DNA of 64,000 nucleotides from Octopus vulgaris (GCA_951406725.2 OX597840.1:1302001-1366000); one strand, 5' to 3'. Shown: positions 1 to 13,930, numbered from the stretch's first letter. Program-made: numbers and translations. The notes: generated by a model from the sequence alone, not told the origin.

Positions 1-113
1 ACTGGGCTTACAAAAGAATAAGGCCCGGGGTCGAGTTGCTCGATTAAAAGGCGGTGCTCCAGCATGGCCGCAGTCAAAGGACTGAAACAAGTAAAAGAAT
101 AAAAGAATAAAGA
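1..113 (+). mobile_element. SINE type A, 3' part (cut by window edge)
   Basis: Tail GGCGGTGCTCCAGCATGGCCGCAGTCAAAGGACTGAAACAAG(TAAAAGA)n matches full copies at 29280 and 49108. Confidence 0.9.
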
Positions 114-621
114 AAAGTATGGCTACTTGTTTTAGAAAGTTTCCGCAAGTGATCAAAAACCGCTTCTGGTGGGTTACCAGAAATGGATGAAAATCGGTTG
201 AGGTTTTCATTATGGTTTCAATCTGTAAAACATGTTTAGGTTTAATAAATTTCTAAATCTCGCAGAAACTAGTTTCTGGGTGCTGGCCTTGCTGGGTGGA
301 GGTGTTTATCTGCCCTTTGAAAACATAAGTACACAGGAAATGTGTCAAGGCCATCAGGAAACGGTGTTTCCTAGGGCTAAATAGCAGTAGCATTCTTCCC
401 TTTCATGGGACTGTCACATTAAGTTGACAACACACTATCACTTTATGTGTAGATTTGTTGGGTTTTAGGACAATTCCTTCGTTTGGACATGTACACAAAT
501 ACACACACACATACATATATTAATACACACACATATGTATATATATATATATACATATATACATACACACACACATATATATATATATGTATAAATATAT
601 ATATACATATATATATTTATA

Positions 622-810
622 GGCGCAGGAATGGCTGTGTGGTAAGTAGCTTGCTTTCCAACCACACGGTTCCGGGTTCAGTCCCACTGCGTGGCACCTT
701 GGGCAAGGGTCTTCTACAATAGCCTCGGGTCGACCAAAGCCTTGTGAGTGTATTTGGTAGATGGAAACTGAAAGAAGCCCGTCTTATATATTGACATGTA
801 TCTATCTATC

Positions 811-859
<49 letters not shown>

Positions 860-1083
860 AAGTTTGTGTGTCTGTCTTTGTCTCCCCAACATCGATTTAC
901 AACTGATGTTAGTGTGTTTACGTCCCCGTAACATAGCGTCGCGGCAAAAGAGAACCGATAAAATAAGTACTAGGCTTACAAAAAATAAGACCTGGGGTCG
1001 ATTTGCTCGACTAAAAAGGTGGTACTCAGCATGGCCATAGTCAAAATGACTGAAACAAATAAAAAAATAAAAGATAAGAATAA
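622..1083 (+). mobile_element. SINE type A, full length (tRNA-like head, CORE-like domain, internal microsatellite, LINE-like tail)
   Basis: A box TGGCTGTGTGG, B box GGTTCAGTCCC, CORE-like CCTTGGGCAAG, internal (TA)n(TG)n, tail ...GACTGAAACAA; more than 15 homologous pieces in the window. Confidence 0.9.
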
Positions 1084-1577
1084 ATAGATTGTATAGTGTT
1101 GAACAAATAAAAGAGAAGCGCACAACATATTTGATTGGTTCATGGAGAATCTATTTGAGTGTTGCGACTCGAGTTTCGTGCTACTGGTGAGGATAAACGT
1201 ATAAAAAAAGAATAGCTATTTACGTATCATACTTAATATATAATAGATACATCATAACGGGCACATTACCAAAGTACTCCTCCATCAAGAAAAGTTGTTA
1301 TCTCGGATAAATACTGCTGTAACAGGCTTTTCTACGATGTCCATTCTCTCTATATAAAAGTATAATTTAGGGTATTTAAGAGATACCACCACGCTTGAAA
1401 TAGCAGCCAAAACTTGACTCTAAAGCCACATTTAAAATTTATGCAGCACCAGGAGACAAGACAATAAGACAAAATGAACTTGCAAAAAAAATTATCGGAT
1501 AGTTCCAGATCCCGGATTTCTGACTCTGCATAAGAAGTATATTCCACTTCAGTGGAATATACACTGCACATAAATAC

Positions 1578-1695
<118 letters not shown>

Positions 1696-2137
1696 AACAT
1701 ATAATTTTAATAATAATTATTACCTTTCAAGGTTTTTATTCCCATGCTGGCCACTTGGTAAGTTGATATTTAAATATGGATCTTATCCTTATTTATATAT
1801 ATGTATGTATGTATGTATATATATATATATTTATATATATATATATACATACATTCAAGGCATATACATTGTTGTGATCTGTTAATGGTTCACCATCTAA
1901 AGCTATTTTTATATAGTTCTTTTGAATGTATTTTAATCTTTGCATTTTTAAGTCAAATTAATATAGTTTGAGTTTTGATGCTGTCGAGCTTTATTCATTT
2001 TTTTTTTGTTTTCATATTTTGTTTTAAAGTTTAGTAAAAGAAGCACCAGCGAGAAACTAGAATAATTTACTCAACTGAACTCCTGATCTCTTGAAAATAT
2101 TTAGCCCGAAGATAAAATCATAGCCCAGAGCAAATAT

Positions 2138-2202
2138 CTAACAACAACAACAATGAATACAGCAGCAGCAACAATAACAACAACAACAACAACAATAATA
2201 AT

Positions 2203-2260
<58 letters not shown>

Positions 2261-2401
2261 TAATAATAATAATAATAACTATAACAATAATAAAAATAAT
2301 AATAATAATGATAATAACTATAACAATAATAAAAATAATAATAATAATAACAATTAAAAAAAAAAATAATAATGATGATGATGATGATGATAATGATGAT
2401 G

Positions 2402-2444
<43 letters not shown>

Positions 2445-2506
2445 TAATAAAAATAATAAAAATAATGATAATAATAATAATGATGATGATAATAATAATA
2501 ATAATA
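2138..2506. repeat. Compound (AAC)n/(AAT)n/(GAT)n microsatellite
   Basis: Directly visible; source of the poly-I/L/N ORFs. Confidence 0.95.
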
Positions 2507-2970
2507 CATGAAATATATAAAAGTATGAAATATGAATAAACCAATAGTGCATATCCGTTTAAAGTACCTTAGCCAGATATGAATGAAAAAGAGAACTAGA
2601 TTACTCCAGGCGGTTTCCCAGAAAAACGTGACTTTAATGCTGTATTTTTAATAATTCTCCGTGGAAAGAGGTGGTGATATATAGATTCGTTAGAAAGCTG
2701 TTGCTGGTCAAAACATGTTGCGAAAATTAGTTACGAAATATTCTGCTCTGATCTCAAACACTAGTGACGGAATTTAAACTCTTAAAAATCGATAAAATGT
2801 AATTCCTGCGAAGTAAGTGAAATGAAGGTCGGATTAACCGTTTCGGTAAAAATCGCTTAGTATATTTCGTTACAGCGCATTACATTTCATCATTGAAATG
2901 GACGCCATGTTGCATTGATGTTTCATTCTCGGAGTGCAGAACGATATATTATGGTTTGACTTATACTTGA

Positions 2971-3850
2971 ATCAGTCATTGGGCTGTGGCCATGCTGGGA
3001 CTGTGCCTCAAAGTGTATAGTCGAACACATTGACCCCAGTATATATATTCTATACTACTCAAGGCACAACGCACGAAACTTTGGGGGAGCAAGCCATTCG
3101 ATTAGATCGACCCTAGTACGCAGCTGGTGCTTAATTTATCGATTAAGAAAGGATGAAAAGTAAAGTCGACCTCGGCGGAATTTGAATTCAGATCGTAACG
3201 GCAGACGAAATTCTACTAAGCATTTCGCCCGGCGTGCTAATGTTTCTGCCAGCTCGCCGCCCTAAATAAAGGAGAAATACTCTTTTCTTCTATAGGCAAA
3301 AGGCCCGAAAGTTTTGGGTGGGAGGGGCCAATCGAATAGATCGATCCAATTACACAACTGGTACTTAATTTATCGACTAAGAAAGGATGAAAAGTAAAGT
3401 CGACCTCGGCGGAATTTGAATTCAGATCGTAACGGCAGACGAAATTCTACTAAGCATTTCGCCCGGCGTGCTAATGTTTCTGCCAGCTCGCCGCCCTAAA
3501 TAAAGGAGAAATACTCTTTTCTTCTATAGGCAAAAGGCCCGAAAATTTTGGGTGGGAGGGGCCAATCGAATAGATCGATCCAATTACACAACTGGTACTT
3601 AATTTATCAACTAAGAAAGGATGAAAAGTAAAGTCGACCTCGGCGGAATTTGAACTCAGATCGTAACGGCAGATGTAATACGGCTAAGCATTTCGCCCGG
3701 TGAGCAGCGTTTCTGCCAGCTCACCGCCTTGACACAACTATATATATTGTGGTAGTTTGTCAGTTATTCTATCGCTCTCTTTTGCCGAAGAGTTAAGTGA
3801 CGGGAACATAAACATCTGTTGTCATCTGTTGTCACTCGGCAGGCACACAC
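2971..3850 (-). mobile_element. Diverged SINE A 3' half interrupted by a SINE B cluster
   Basis: Tail at 2971-3040 continues at about 3760-3850 (TTATTCTATCGCTCTCTTTTGCCGAA) on the far side of the type B copies. Confidence 0.65.
3052..3729 (-). mobile_element. Three tandem SINE type B copies, 234-bp period
   Basis: GGT(G/A)CTTAATTTATC recurs at 3126, 3360 and 3594; each copy has head GGCGGCGAGCTGGCAGAAAC and a Nin/Deu-like domain (CTTTTCATCCTTTC...GATAAATTAAGTACCAG) on the minus strand. Confidence 0.9.
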
Positions 3851-4049
3851 ACCCAGAATGTTTCTAGATGGACCCCAGAAATTCTCAGTAAAGCATACAC
3901 TTAGAAACGCTCAAATGATTTGAACTTACAATCCGAAACCTTACCGACGAGCAGGTCCACTACCTAAGAAGAGGGTTATAAGAGTAATTCAGGTAATTTG
4001 CCTATCTATGTGTGTGTGTGTATATATTTTTTATTTTAATTTTATTTTG

Positions 4050-4095
4050 TCTAATTTCAGCTCACGAGCTGTGGCCATGCTGGGGCACCGCCATT
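4050..4095 (-). mobile_element. Isolated LINE/SINE 3' tail (CAGCTC-GAGCTG variant)
   Basis: Minus strand GGCGGTGCCCCAGCATGGCCACAGCTCGTGAGCTGAAATT. Confidence 0.7.
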
Positions 4096-4187
4096 TGGTG
4101 TTGCTACATGATTTTACGTCACGAATGCATTTTAGCAATTGCCATTTGGTGTATGAGAGATTTCGATGCAGCTGCCCTCATCTGCAC

Positions 4188-4281
<94 letters not shown>

Positions 4282-5077
4282 TATATGTATGTATGCATGT
4301 ATATGTGTGCATATTTATATGTGTACGAGTGTCTGTAAGTGATTGTGCGTGTAAATATGTCAAGTCGTGTGTGGGTGCGTGTGTGTGCAAGTGTACATAC
4401 ACAGTATGTATAGATGCGTATGTGTTTGCGTGTATTGCGGAGTGTTAGACGGTGGAGAATCTAGACATAAATGCATTGAACATACTCTGGTGAAAGACTC
4501 TAACCCGAAGCGTACTAACAATAAATTTGAATATTATAAGCTGCAGCGTTAATCGACACGCTTAAGGGAAAAAGTAAAACTGTTCACATATCTTACATTG
4601 AATTAACCCTTGAATATAACTATTAGTGTTTCGGATGGATTTATACCTGTTAACTCAATTAGCGACTGGCTTATCTATCCTGCTACGCTACATAAGCCAA
4701 AAGCTTTTGCACAAAAGTATTTAACGAAGAACAGCGTACGTTTCCTCTGTCTTATTTGGCCCGTTTTTCAAAGATTCAGGAAACGAAGCGAAAGTAATGA
4801 AAGGAAAATCGCTCGGAATATCCTGTTTTCGGATATATAGATCCAGGACTTAGTTATTTAAATATGTATTTATAAATGGATATACGCATATACAGGAATA
4901 TATAGATAATTACATTCATATATAAAAGCATTCTGTGATATATATTTACAAAAATAAACTCATAAATACACACACACACGCATATATAATCACACACAAA
5001 CACACACAAAATCAAATATTTCCACAGATATATACATATACATATATATTCGTACATATATATAAGTAAATAAATAA

Positions 5078-5151
<74 letters not shown>

Positions 5152-5160
5152 GCATACCAT

Positions 5161-5836
5161 ATAAACAAGGGCAATAGAAAAATTATTTCAATGCCAATAT
5201 GCTGAGAAAAGACTTTAAATCGTCAATTTCAACATTATAATATACATATACTATAGATACACGTCGTGCTGAAATCGAGGAAAATGAGCCAAAAGCATTT
5301 TTTTAAAGAATTCCGTTATTTCTATATTGAATCAATTTCAAGATTAATCCTATGGATTTTTACCTCTTCAGTAGAAAATACGATAAGAAATAAATGTAAT
5401 ACCTACACGCACTCATGGAAAAAAGCATAAACTAGAGTCATGCGTACACATAAGTACCCCAGTCATATCTAAATGTAATACCTTTTAACCAGCCACAGTA
5501 CACGTCTGAACTATTCTGAACCACAATTTACAGTGGTTACCAGTCCCTAACTGAACTGTAATAATTTTACTACTAATATAGGATGAAATTTTTTCCAGAA
5601 GAAATTTCATCAAAGGTGGCAGCATATCAAAATACCTATAAATGTTAAAAATTATAAACAGCTTATAAACAAGGGCAATAGAAAAATCATTTGAATGCCT
5701 CTATTCTCAGAACAGACTTTAAATCGTCAATTTCCACATTATGATATACATTCACCATAGATACAAGTCGTGCTGAAATCAAGGAAAGCGAGCCAACAGA
5801 ATTTTTTTTTTAAATGTCGTTATTTCTATATTGAAT
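5161..5836. repeat. Diverged ~172-bp direct repeat pair (5161-5332, 5665-5836)
   Basis: Both start ATAAACAAGGGCAATAGAAAAAT, share AGACTTTAAATCGTCAATTTC and GTCGTGCTGAAATC, and end TTATTTCTATATTGAAT. Confidence 0.85.
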
Positions 5837-5840
5837 AAAT

Positions 5841-6200
5841 CTGCTATCCACTCCTTCTAAATTGAGGACCAGGTACAGCAATAGTCTAAGGTTCAAAGGC
5901 CCATAGATCTTCAATGCCCTGCCACAAAATTAAGAAATCTGCATAAGATGGAAATAGATGTCTTCAAAAATAGATCCTCTCCTCTCCACAATGCCGCATG
6001 AACCAGACGCCCGATATGAGGCACGGACGAGGGCAGCTGAATCAAACGCAATTATACAATAAATAGGCCAACGGCTGGGACAGGGGCACGTATAGGAGTG
6101 GTGCAGAAGGATACCTCAAACAGAAGCAATCAGAGAGACCAAGGTGGCGCTCCAGCATGACCGTAGACGTATGGCTGAAACGAGTAAACGAATAAAAGAA
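5841..6200 (+). mobile_element. 5'-truncated CR1/L2-group LINE: decayed ORF2 C-terminus and 3' UTR
   Basis: Across a stop and frameshifts reads RTRYSNSLRFKGP*IFNALP-LRNLHKMEIDVFK-DPLLSTMPHEPDARYEARTRAAESN, the GP.LFN.LP...FK..LD..L...PDEP pattern of these ORF2 ends; 3' end matches the SINE A tail. Confidence 0.75.
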
Positions 6201-6461
6201 CACACGCACACACATATACACGCGTATATTATATTAGTAATAAGATATATACGTACTATGTATGTGTCGAAGTGTGTGTTTTTTGTGTGAACCTCTCTTT
6301 GTCTCTCTCTCTCTCTCTCTGAATATATATATATATATGCATTTATATATTTGTGTGTATACATATACGAATGTATATATATATGTATGTATATATATAT
6401 ATATATATATGCATATATATATTCAAGCATAAGTATCAATATACCTATAATTATGTGTATA

Positions 6462-6511
<50 letters not shown>

Positions 6512-6854
6512 AGTGTGTGTGTGTGTGTGTGTGTATGCGTGTGTGTGTGTGCTTCTGCCATTGTGTTAACGCTTTTAACGCCTCGAGCGTGTAAATTATA
6601 GTCATTCTATTTCAAAAGCAACAAAAATTTTACTCTATTCTTCAATGATTAATACGGTTCCGAAATTTCTAGCAATTTCAGAAGACTTTAACTGCAGGAG
6701 CTCATGAGCACAACATATTTATTTCCTGTTTACGTTTCAACACGCCATGTTGGAAATACGTTAACTGTAATTGTTAATGTTACACCGATATGGCGTTGTC
6801 GTATTAATTATGTGATAAATCTATTTACGTAAGATAGTCGATAGTGCAATAATA

Positions 6855-6891
<37 letters not shown>

Positions 6892-6903
6892 ATATATATA
6901 AAC

Positions 6904-6935
<32 letters not shown>

Positions 6936-6985
6936 GTATATACATATATATATACATATATATATACATGTATGTGTATGTGTAT

Positions 6986-7018
<33 letters not shown>

Positions 7019-7183
7019 TATATACATATACAAACATATATATACTTACGTAATTATATATACGTATATATACATGGAAAATATAAATATATGTACAAAA
7101 AATATATAAAATATTTACACACATACGCAAGAAATATACAGACACAGACAAACAGACAGACATACACATACATATGTATTGAC

Positions 7184-7290
7184 TACTCGCCGCCTAGTCA
7201 GCAGGTATCCTCATTCATGATATAAAACCATGCCAAGTGCATTGTGACCAGCGATGTATATCAACATCCGGTACATTGCTTGATCAAGCG
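7184..7290 (+). mobile_element. Diverged SINE tail module 'tail 2'
   Basis: GCATTGTGACCAGCGATGT shared with 11603-11720 and 22119-22230 (minus). Confidence 0.7.
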
Positions 7291-7446
7291 AATTATATAT
7301 GTATGGATCCATTTATACATGTATCTATACATACATACTTAAATATATGTTGTATGTTTGTATTCAAATCTATATATCAATTTATATATATATATATTTA
7401 TCAATCTATATAGATATATGTTTGTGTCCCTGTGAATATATATGTA

Positions 7447-7516
<70 letters not shown>

Positions 7517-7589
7517 TACATATATGTTTATATGTATGTGTGTGTATTGGAGAGTATGCGTGTGTATCTATTTTTCTTTTATGATTTAT

Positions 7590-7995
7590 TTCTTAGATCA
7601 TTAGGCTACCGTCATACTGGGGCAACACCATTAAAAGCTTTTAGTCAAACGAATTGACCTCAGTTCCTGTATTTTAAAAGCCTGACGCTTATACTATCTT
7701 TTCTTCTCCTCGAGCCGCTATTTTAGTGGGATGTAAACAAAACAAGAGCGGTTGTCAAACCTTGATGAGTGACAAATACATACACTAAGACACGCACATA
7801 TAGATATATCGATATAGATAGATATAGATGCATGTGGCGGCTTTCTTTCAGTTCCAGTCTATGAAATCCACTTACAAGGCTTTCATGGGCCCGGGGCTAT
7901 ACAAGTCGACACCTGCCCACGTTGCCACGCTGCGACATTGAAGCTCGAACCTTGTGGTTGAGCAGAAAACTTCCTATCACACAGCTACGCGGAGT
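7590..7995 (-). mobile_element. Diverged SINE type A
   Basis: Colinear tail, body and head motifs (CTTTCTTTCAGTT, AAATCCACTTACAAGGCTTT, TGCCACGC). Confidence 0.75.
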
Positions 7996-8362
7996 AAAAA
8001 ATATATATGCATATGCACACACAAACACGGGAACATAAACACACATACACACACACATATGGACGCATGTACACAAATATAAAACGCATAAGTTATACTA
8101 GCGTCTGTAGTTATTTCGGTAATTCGTGCGACTTAAATCCTAAAATGTAACACGAAAGCTAAAAATGTATTTAAAAAATTTATTAGCTTCAATCTGTTTT
8201 AATAATTGTTTTGGGTTATACTCACATTTATAGCATTCGATTTTCTACTTTAAATGTGGTTACTGAGACTCGGATAAATCGAGACGGAGAAAAAAATCTG
8301 GATTTTAAGCCGCAAAAAACGTAACTCAAATCGACGCAAGTTGACGTGTGCCAGCATATATA

Positions 8363-8593
8363 TGTTTCTTTACTACCCTCAAGGGGCTAAACATGGAGGG
8401 GACAAACAAGGACAGACAAACGGATTAAGTCGATTACATCGGCCCCAGTGCGTAACTGGTACTTAATTTATCGACCCCGAAAGGATGAAAAGCAAAGTCG
8501 ACCTCGGCGGAATTTGAACTCAGAACGTAGCGACGGGCGAAATACCGCGAAGCACTTCGCCCGGCGTGCTAACGTCTCTGCCAGCTCGCCGCC
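8363..8593 (-). mobile_element. SINE type B monomer
   Basis: Complete head, Nin/Deu-like domain and tail ending GTAGTAAAGAAA. Confidence 0.9.
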
Positions 8594-9039
8594 TATATAT
8601 TGTCATAGTGTGGTGGTAGTATTTGCGCCCGGGTCTCTTCTGATACGTGATGTTGATAAACTACAAAAATGGCGAATTATCGTTATCCATCTCTCCTGAA
8701 TGGGGCGAGGGTTGAGGTATCACATCTGCCAATGATTTTCAGGTATTTTAACACCCAGCTCTGAGAAAGTCGCCCCGATCACGCTATTTGCAGTGTATGG
8801 GCAAAAGACATACGATAAGTATGTGCAGTCGATAAAATATTGGGTCATCTCATAATAATGGAGATGTTTTTTCAATTACATGAATTAAAATCGGAGGGGA
8901 ACGGGATGAACTACCTGCATCAACTTGCTATTAAATCAGGTACCTAGTACTTATTCTTGGTGCAATTTTCGAAGAGTGCAGTTCGATTTTAACAGGTCTT
9001 TTTCAAAGTTAAAATTCATATATATATATATATATATAT

Positions 9040-9311
9040 ATCAACAATAAAGGAACGGCCATAATAGGCCATTCACCCACTAGAAATAACAGCCAAAGCT
9101 TCAACCGCAAATAAAAGTTAATTCAGTAAACCAGGAGAAAATTTAAAAAACATTTACCCTGTTTTTTAAATTTTCTCCTGGTTTTTTAAATTTTTTTAAA
9201 TTTTTAAAATTTTCTCCTGGTTTACTGAATTAACTTTTATTTGCGGTTGAAGCTTTGGCTGTTATTTCTAGTGGGTGAATGGCCTATTATGGCCGTTCCT
9301 TTATTGTTGAT
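9040..9311. repeat. Perfect 105-bp inverted repeat (9040-9144 / 9207-9311)
   Basis: Arms are exact reverse complements by base-by-base reading; the 62-bp spacer consists of re-copied pieces of the inner arm end. Confidence 0.92.
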
Positions 9312-9420
9312 GTTGAACTTAAAAATGGTCTATGACTATTTTAATTTTTTCCTACTAGGCCGCTGGTGGCAAAAGAATTCTACAAAATTTTTTTTGCCAC
9401 CCTATATTGATTAATTATGA

Positions 9421-9460
<40 letters not shown>

Positions 9461-9793
9461 TTATATATATGTATATATATCTATGTATGTATTTATATAT
9501 ATGTATATTTAGATGCACACACACACAAACATACATACGTATACGCGCACATTTGGATATGTTAATAGAAAAAATATTTACTTTTTGTAATCAATATTAA
9601 TGTAACAATGTATTTACCATGAAAAATTTTCTCCATCAAATTTCAAATATTTACGCATATCTACATGTATAGATATACACACACATACAAAACATATTCA
9701 TAAGCCTGTATTTCAACATAAATACAATTTCAGTTTTAAATATCAAAAATTTTGTTCTAAAAGCAGAAGTGAATGAAGACTGCAGCAAAGTGA

Positions 9794-9878
<85 letters not shown>

Positions 9879-9879
9879 C

Positions 9880-9998
<119 letters not shown>

Positions 9999-10058
9999 CT
10001 TTGTATAGAAATATAGTTAGATAATATATATATGTATATATAGATATTGACATATATA

Positions 10059-10107
<49 letters not shown>

Positions 10108-10131
10108 GTATACGTATAAATATGTATATGC

Positions 10132-10188
<57 letters not shown>

Positions 10189-10460
10189 TATAGAGAGCGG
10201 GAGAGAAGAAGCAGGAAAATAGACTCAGACAAGCTAGTATACGTATGTATATATATGTATACATATACACGTGTGTGTTCGTATGTGGTTGCGTGCGTGT
10301 GCATACGTCAATGTTTGTTATTCTCGTATACATTCACATTTACCATATTTGCTTTTTACACTTTGTATAATTATTTTCTGTCATGAAGGGGTGAAGTATT
10401 AAGTTTTTCTTTATTTTTCTGACACGTTATTAGTTTTAACAAAAAAACAACAACAACACC

Positions 10461-10494
<34 letters not shown>

Positions 10495-10701
10495 GCAATA
10501 AAATCAGTTGTCTTTGTTGTTGTTGTTGTTGCTGTTAGTGTTGTCATTAATAATATGATTGTTGTTGCTCGTTTTTTTTTTTTTCTCTCTCTTCTTATTG
10601 GTATTCGTAATCGTGAAATGGGATTATATTATTTCCGAAGAAAAGAAATTTTAACTACGCAGTTATTGCATGATTTTCGTGACGCCTGATTACGATGCAA
10701 G

Positions 10702-10764
<63 letters not shown>

Positions 10765-10776
10765 GTATATATATAC

Positions 10777-10836
<60 letters not shown>

Positions 10837-10838
10837 CA

Positions 10839-10873
<35 letters not shown>

Positions 10874-11091
10874 GTAGGTATGCATGTATCTATGTATTTA
10901 TGTATGTATGTTTATTTATATACACATATATGTACGTGTGTGTGTTTGTCAGTGTGTGTCTGACTGTCTCTTACCCTATATATATATGTACATGTATATA
11001 TGATGTACAATATATATATACATATATCTATATATCTATATTATATCATACATTGTATATAGATACGCAAATGTATATATGCATATATATA

Positions 11092-11191
<100 letters not shown>

Positions 11192-11544
11192 AAGATGTAT
11201 GTATATATGTTGCTGTGTGTGTTTACAGGATTATATACTTTATGCCTTTATTTGTAAGTCTGTGTGTGCTTTCTTAACATAATGACACATTGCATTGAAC
11301 TTAAAAAGCAAATCTACGTGGAGACATCTATTCTATATATATTTGTCGTCAATGATATTAGTTTCCATATTTTTTCTATTCCTTGCGATTCTTGTCCTTC
11401 AACTAATGCGTCTGGATATCCTGAGATGCTGACGGTAAACACAGCAAACAATTATGGAGAAAACAAATTAGTGAACGAAAAAGAGATAATGCCCTGCGAA
11501 GCTATGCACCTATGTATATATTAAGTATATATACATACGCCGTA

Positions 11545-11602
<58 letters not shown>

Positions 11603-11605
<3 letters not shown>

Positions 11606-11720
11606 TGCTCGCTTAGCAAGCGGGTTGGCGTCATTTGAAGGTTAAAAAATGCAAAGCGCATTGTGACCAGCGATGTGTAGCAACATCTGATAGCCTAATA
11701 GCTCACGGTGATCACGGTGA
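11603..11720 (+). mobile_element. SINE tail module 'tail 2' between (TA)n tracts
   Basis: Homologous to the 3' part of the element at 22119-22419. Confidence 0.8.
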
Positions 11721-12864
11721 TATATATATATATATATATATATATTTATGCATGCACAACCACACACAGAAGAATACATAAACATATATACACACATACG
11801 ATGGGGGTCTTTGTTTCTTTTACCAATTCAACTAAACAGACATTGGTCGGCTCGAGTTTATAGTACAAGGTGCAACACAGTGGGGCAGAACCTGGAACCA
11901 TGTGTTTAAGAAGCAAGCTTCTTACCACCAATGTTCTCGTCGAGCTCTACATATCTCCCTGAACAAGGCTCATCTTCTAGACTGTAGTTTCCGGCTCAAA
12001 ATGTTTGAAGCCATCGTTGACACTAACTTACCAACGCCTGCGCTTGTGAATAGTCATTCCTTACTGTGAATATTAAAGCGGCCTTCTTATATATCAATTC
12101 CATTTTCATATTATCAATCTATATTAAATATTCTAAGAACATGCATGTAAGTCTTCAATGAGTATGCTGGATATCGTATTTGCTGTCGATGAAGTGTTAT
12201 TCGTTATTATTAATTTACTTTTAGTTTATTTTTAGGTTTACTGATTATAATGATTAATAACGTAAATTGGACATTCAATCTATTATCACACGTGTGTCTG
12301 ATAGTAGAAATATGTCCATTACATTTCACTGTCAACAATTAATCGCTGATGAGTGCGAAATTATAACATTGTAAAAAACATTTGTTACCAATACAGAATA
12401 TTCCTATAAACTGAAACCGATCTTTTATATGAAATATTTGTTTCATAAAATTCTCAGTTATTCTATATTTTGCATATATACATATACATATATATATATA
12501 TATAGATATATATATATATATATATATACAGAAACATATATATATATAATATGAAATAACTCTACGAGGATATGTGTATATGCATATGCACATACCCATC
12601 AAATATTTATATCATATACACACACACAAAGCCATACACACACCCATATCAACCTTCCATATATATATATATGTATATATATGTGTGTATGTGTGTATGT
12701 GTATGCTTGTGTGTGTGTACTTAAATGTATACGTCCGATTTGTACGCCTTCTCTTTGAAAATTTGATATTATTCTTATTATTATTATTCTTATTATCATT
12801 ATTTATTATTATTATTAGTATTATTAATCATATTATTATTATTGTTTTCCCCTTGTCATTTTTA

Positions 12865-12886
12865 TTACTGTTATTATCATTATTTA

Positions 12887-12955
<69 letters not shown>

Positions 12956-13484
12956 TATAATAACAATTATTATTATTAGTAATATCATTATTTTTAATAT
13001 TATTATTATTATTACTATTAATATCATCAACATCATCATCATCAACATTTTCGCTGTTCTTGTTATCCTTTTCGTCATCATCATCATCAACACCATAGCT
13101 CTATTTTATCAACCTTTTCTTTATTTTCACTGATGTTGTTGCTGTTGTTGTTGTTTATGTAATCATTATCTTCATTGTTGTTGTTGTTGTTGCTATTATG
13201 ACAATCATCATCATCATTGTTGTTCCTGTGTTCTTTTTCTTTGCCTCCTCCTCCTCCACCTCTTCCTTCCATTACTATTATCATTATTATTATTATCATT
13301 CTTCTTATTATTATTATCATTTTTATTATTTTTATTATTTTTATTATTATTATTAATTTTATTATTATCATTATCATTTTTATTAATTGTATTATTATCA
13401 TTATTATTATCATTCTTCTTATTATTATAATTATCATTATTATTATCATTCTTCTTCTTATTATTATTATCATCATTTTTATTA

Positions 13485-13546
<62 letters not shown>

Positions 13547-13589
13547 TTTATTATTATTATCATTATAATTTTTATTAATTTTATTATTA

Positions 13590-13631
<42 letters not shown>

Positions 13632-13727
13632 TCCATATTATCATTATTATTATTAATATTATTATTATTATTATTATTAGTACTATTATTATTATTACTA
13701 TTATTATTATTGTCTTCTTCATCATAT

Positions 13728-13760
<33 letters not shown>

Positions 13761-13801
13761 TATCATTATTATTATCATCATCGTCATCATTATTATTATT
13801 A

Positions 13802-13845
<44 letters not shown>

Positions 13846-13888
13846 TTTATTATTATTATCATTATAATTTTTATTAATTTTATTATTA

Positions 13889-13930
<42 letters not shown>

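Noticed and set aside
8838-9405. Mariner-like ends around the perfect inverted repeat
   Set aside because: TATTGGGTCATC and GCCACCCTATA match each other poorly and no transposase was recognised.
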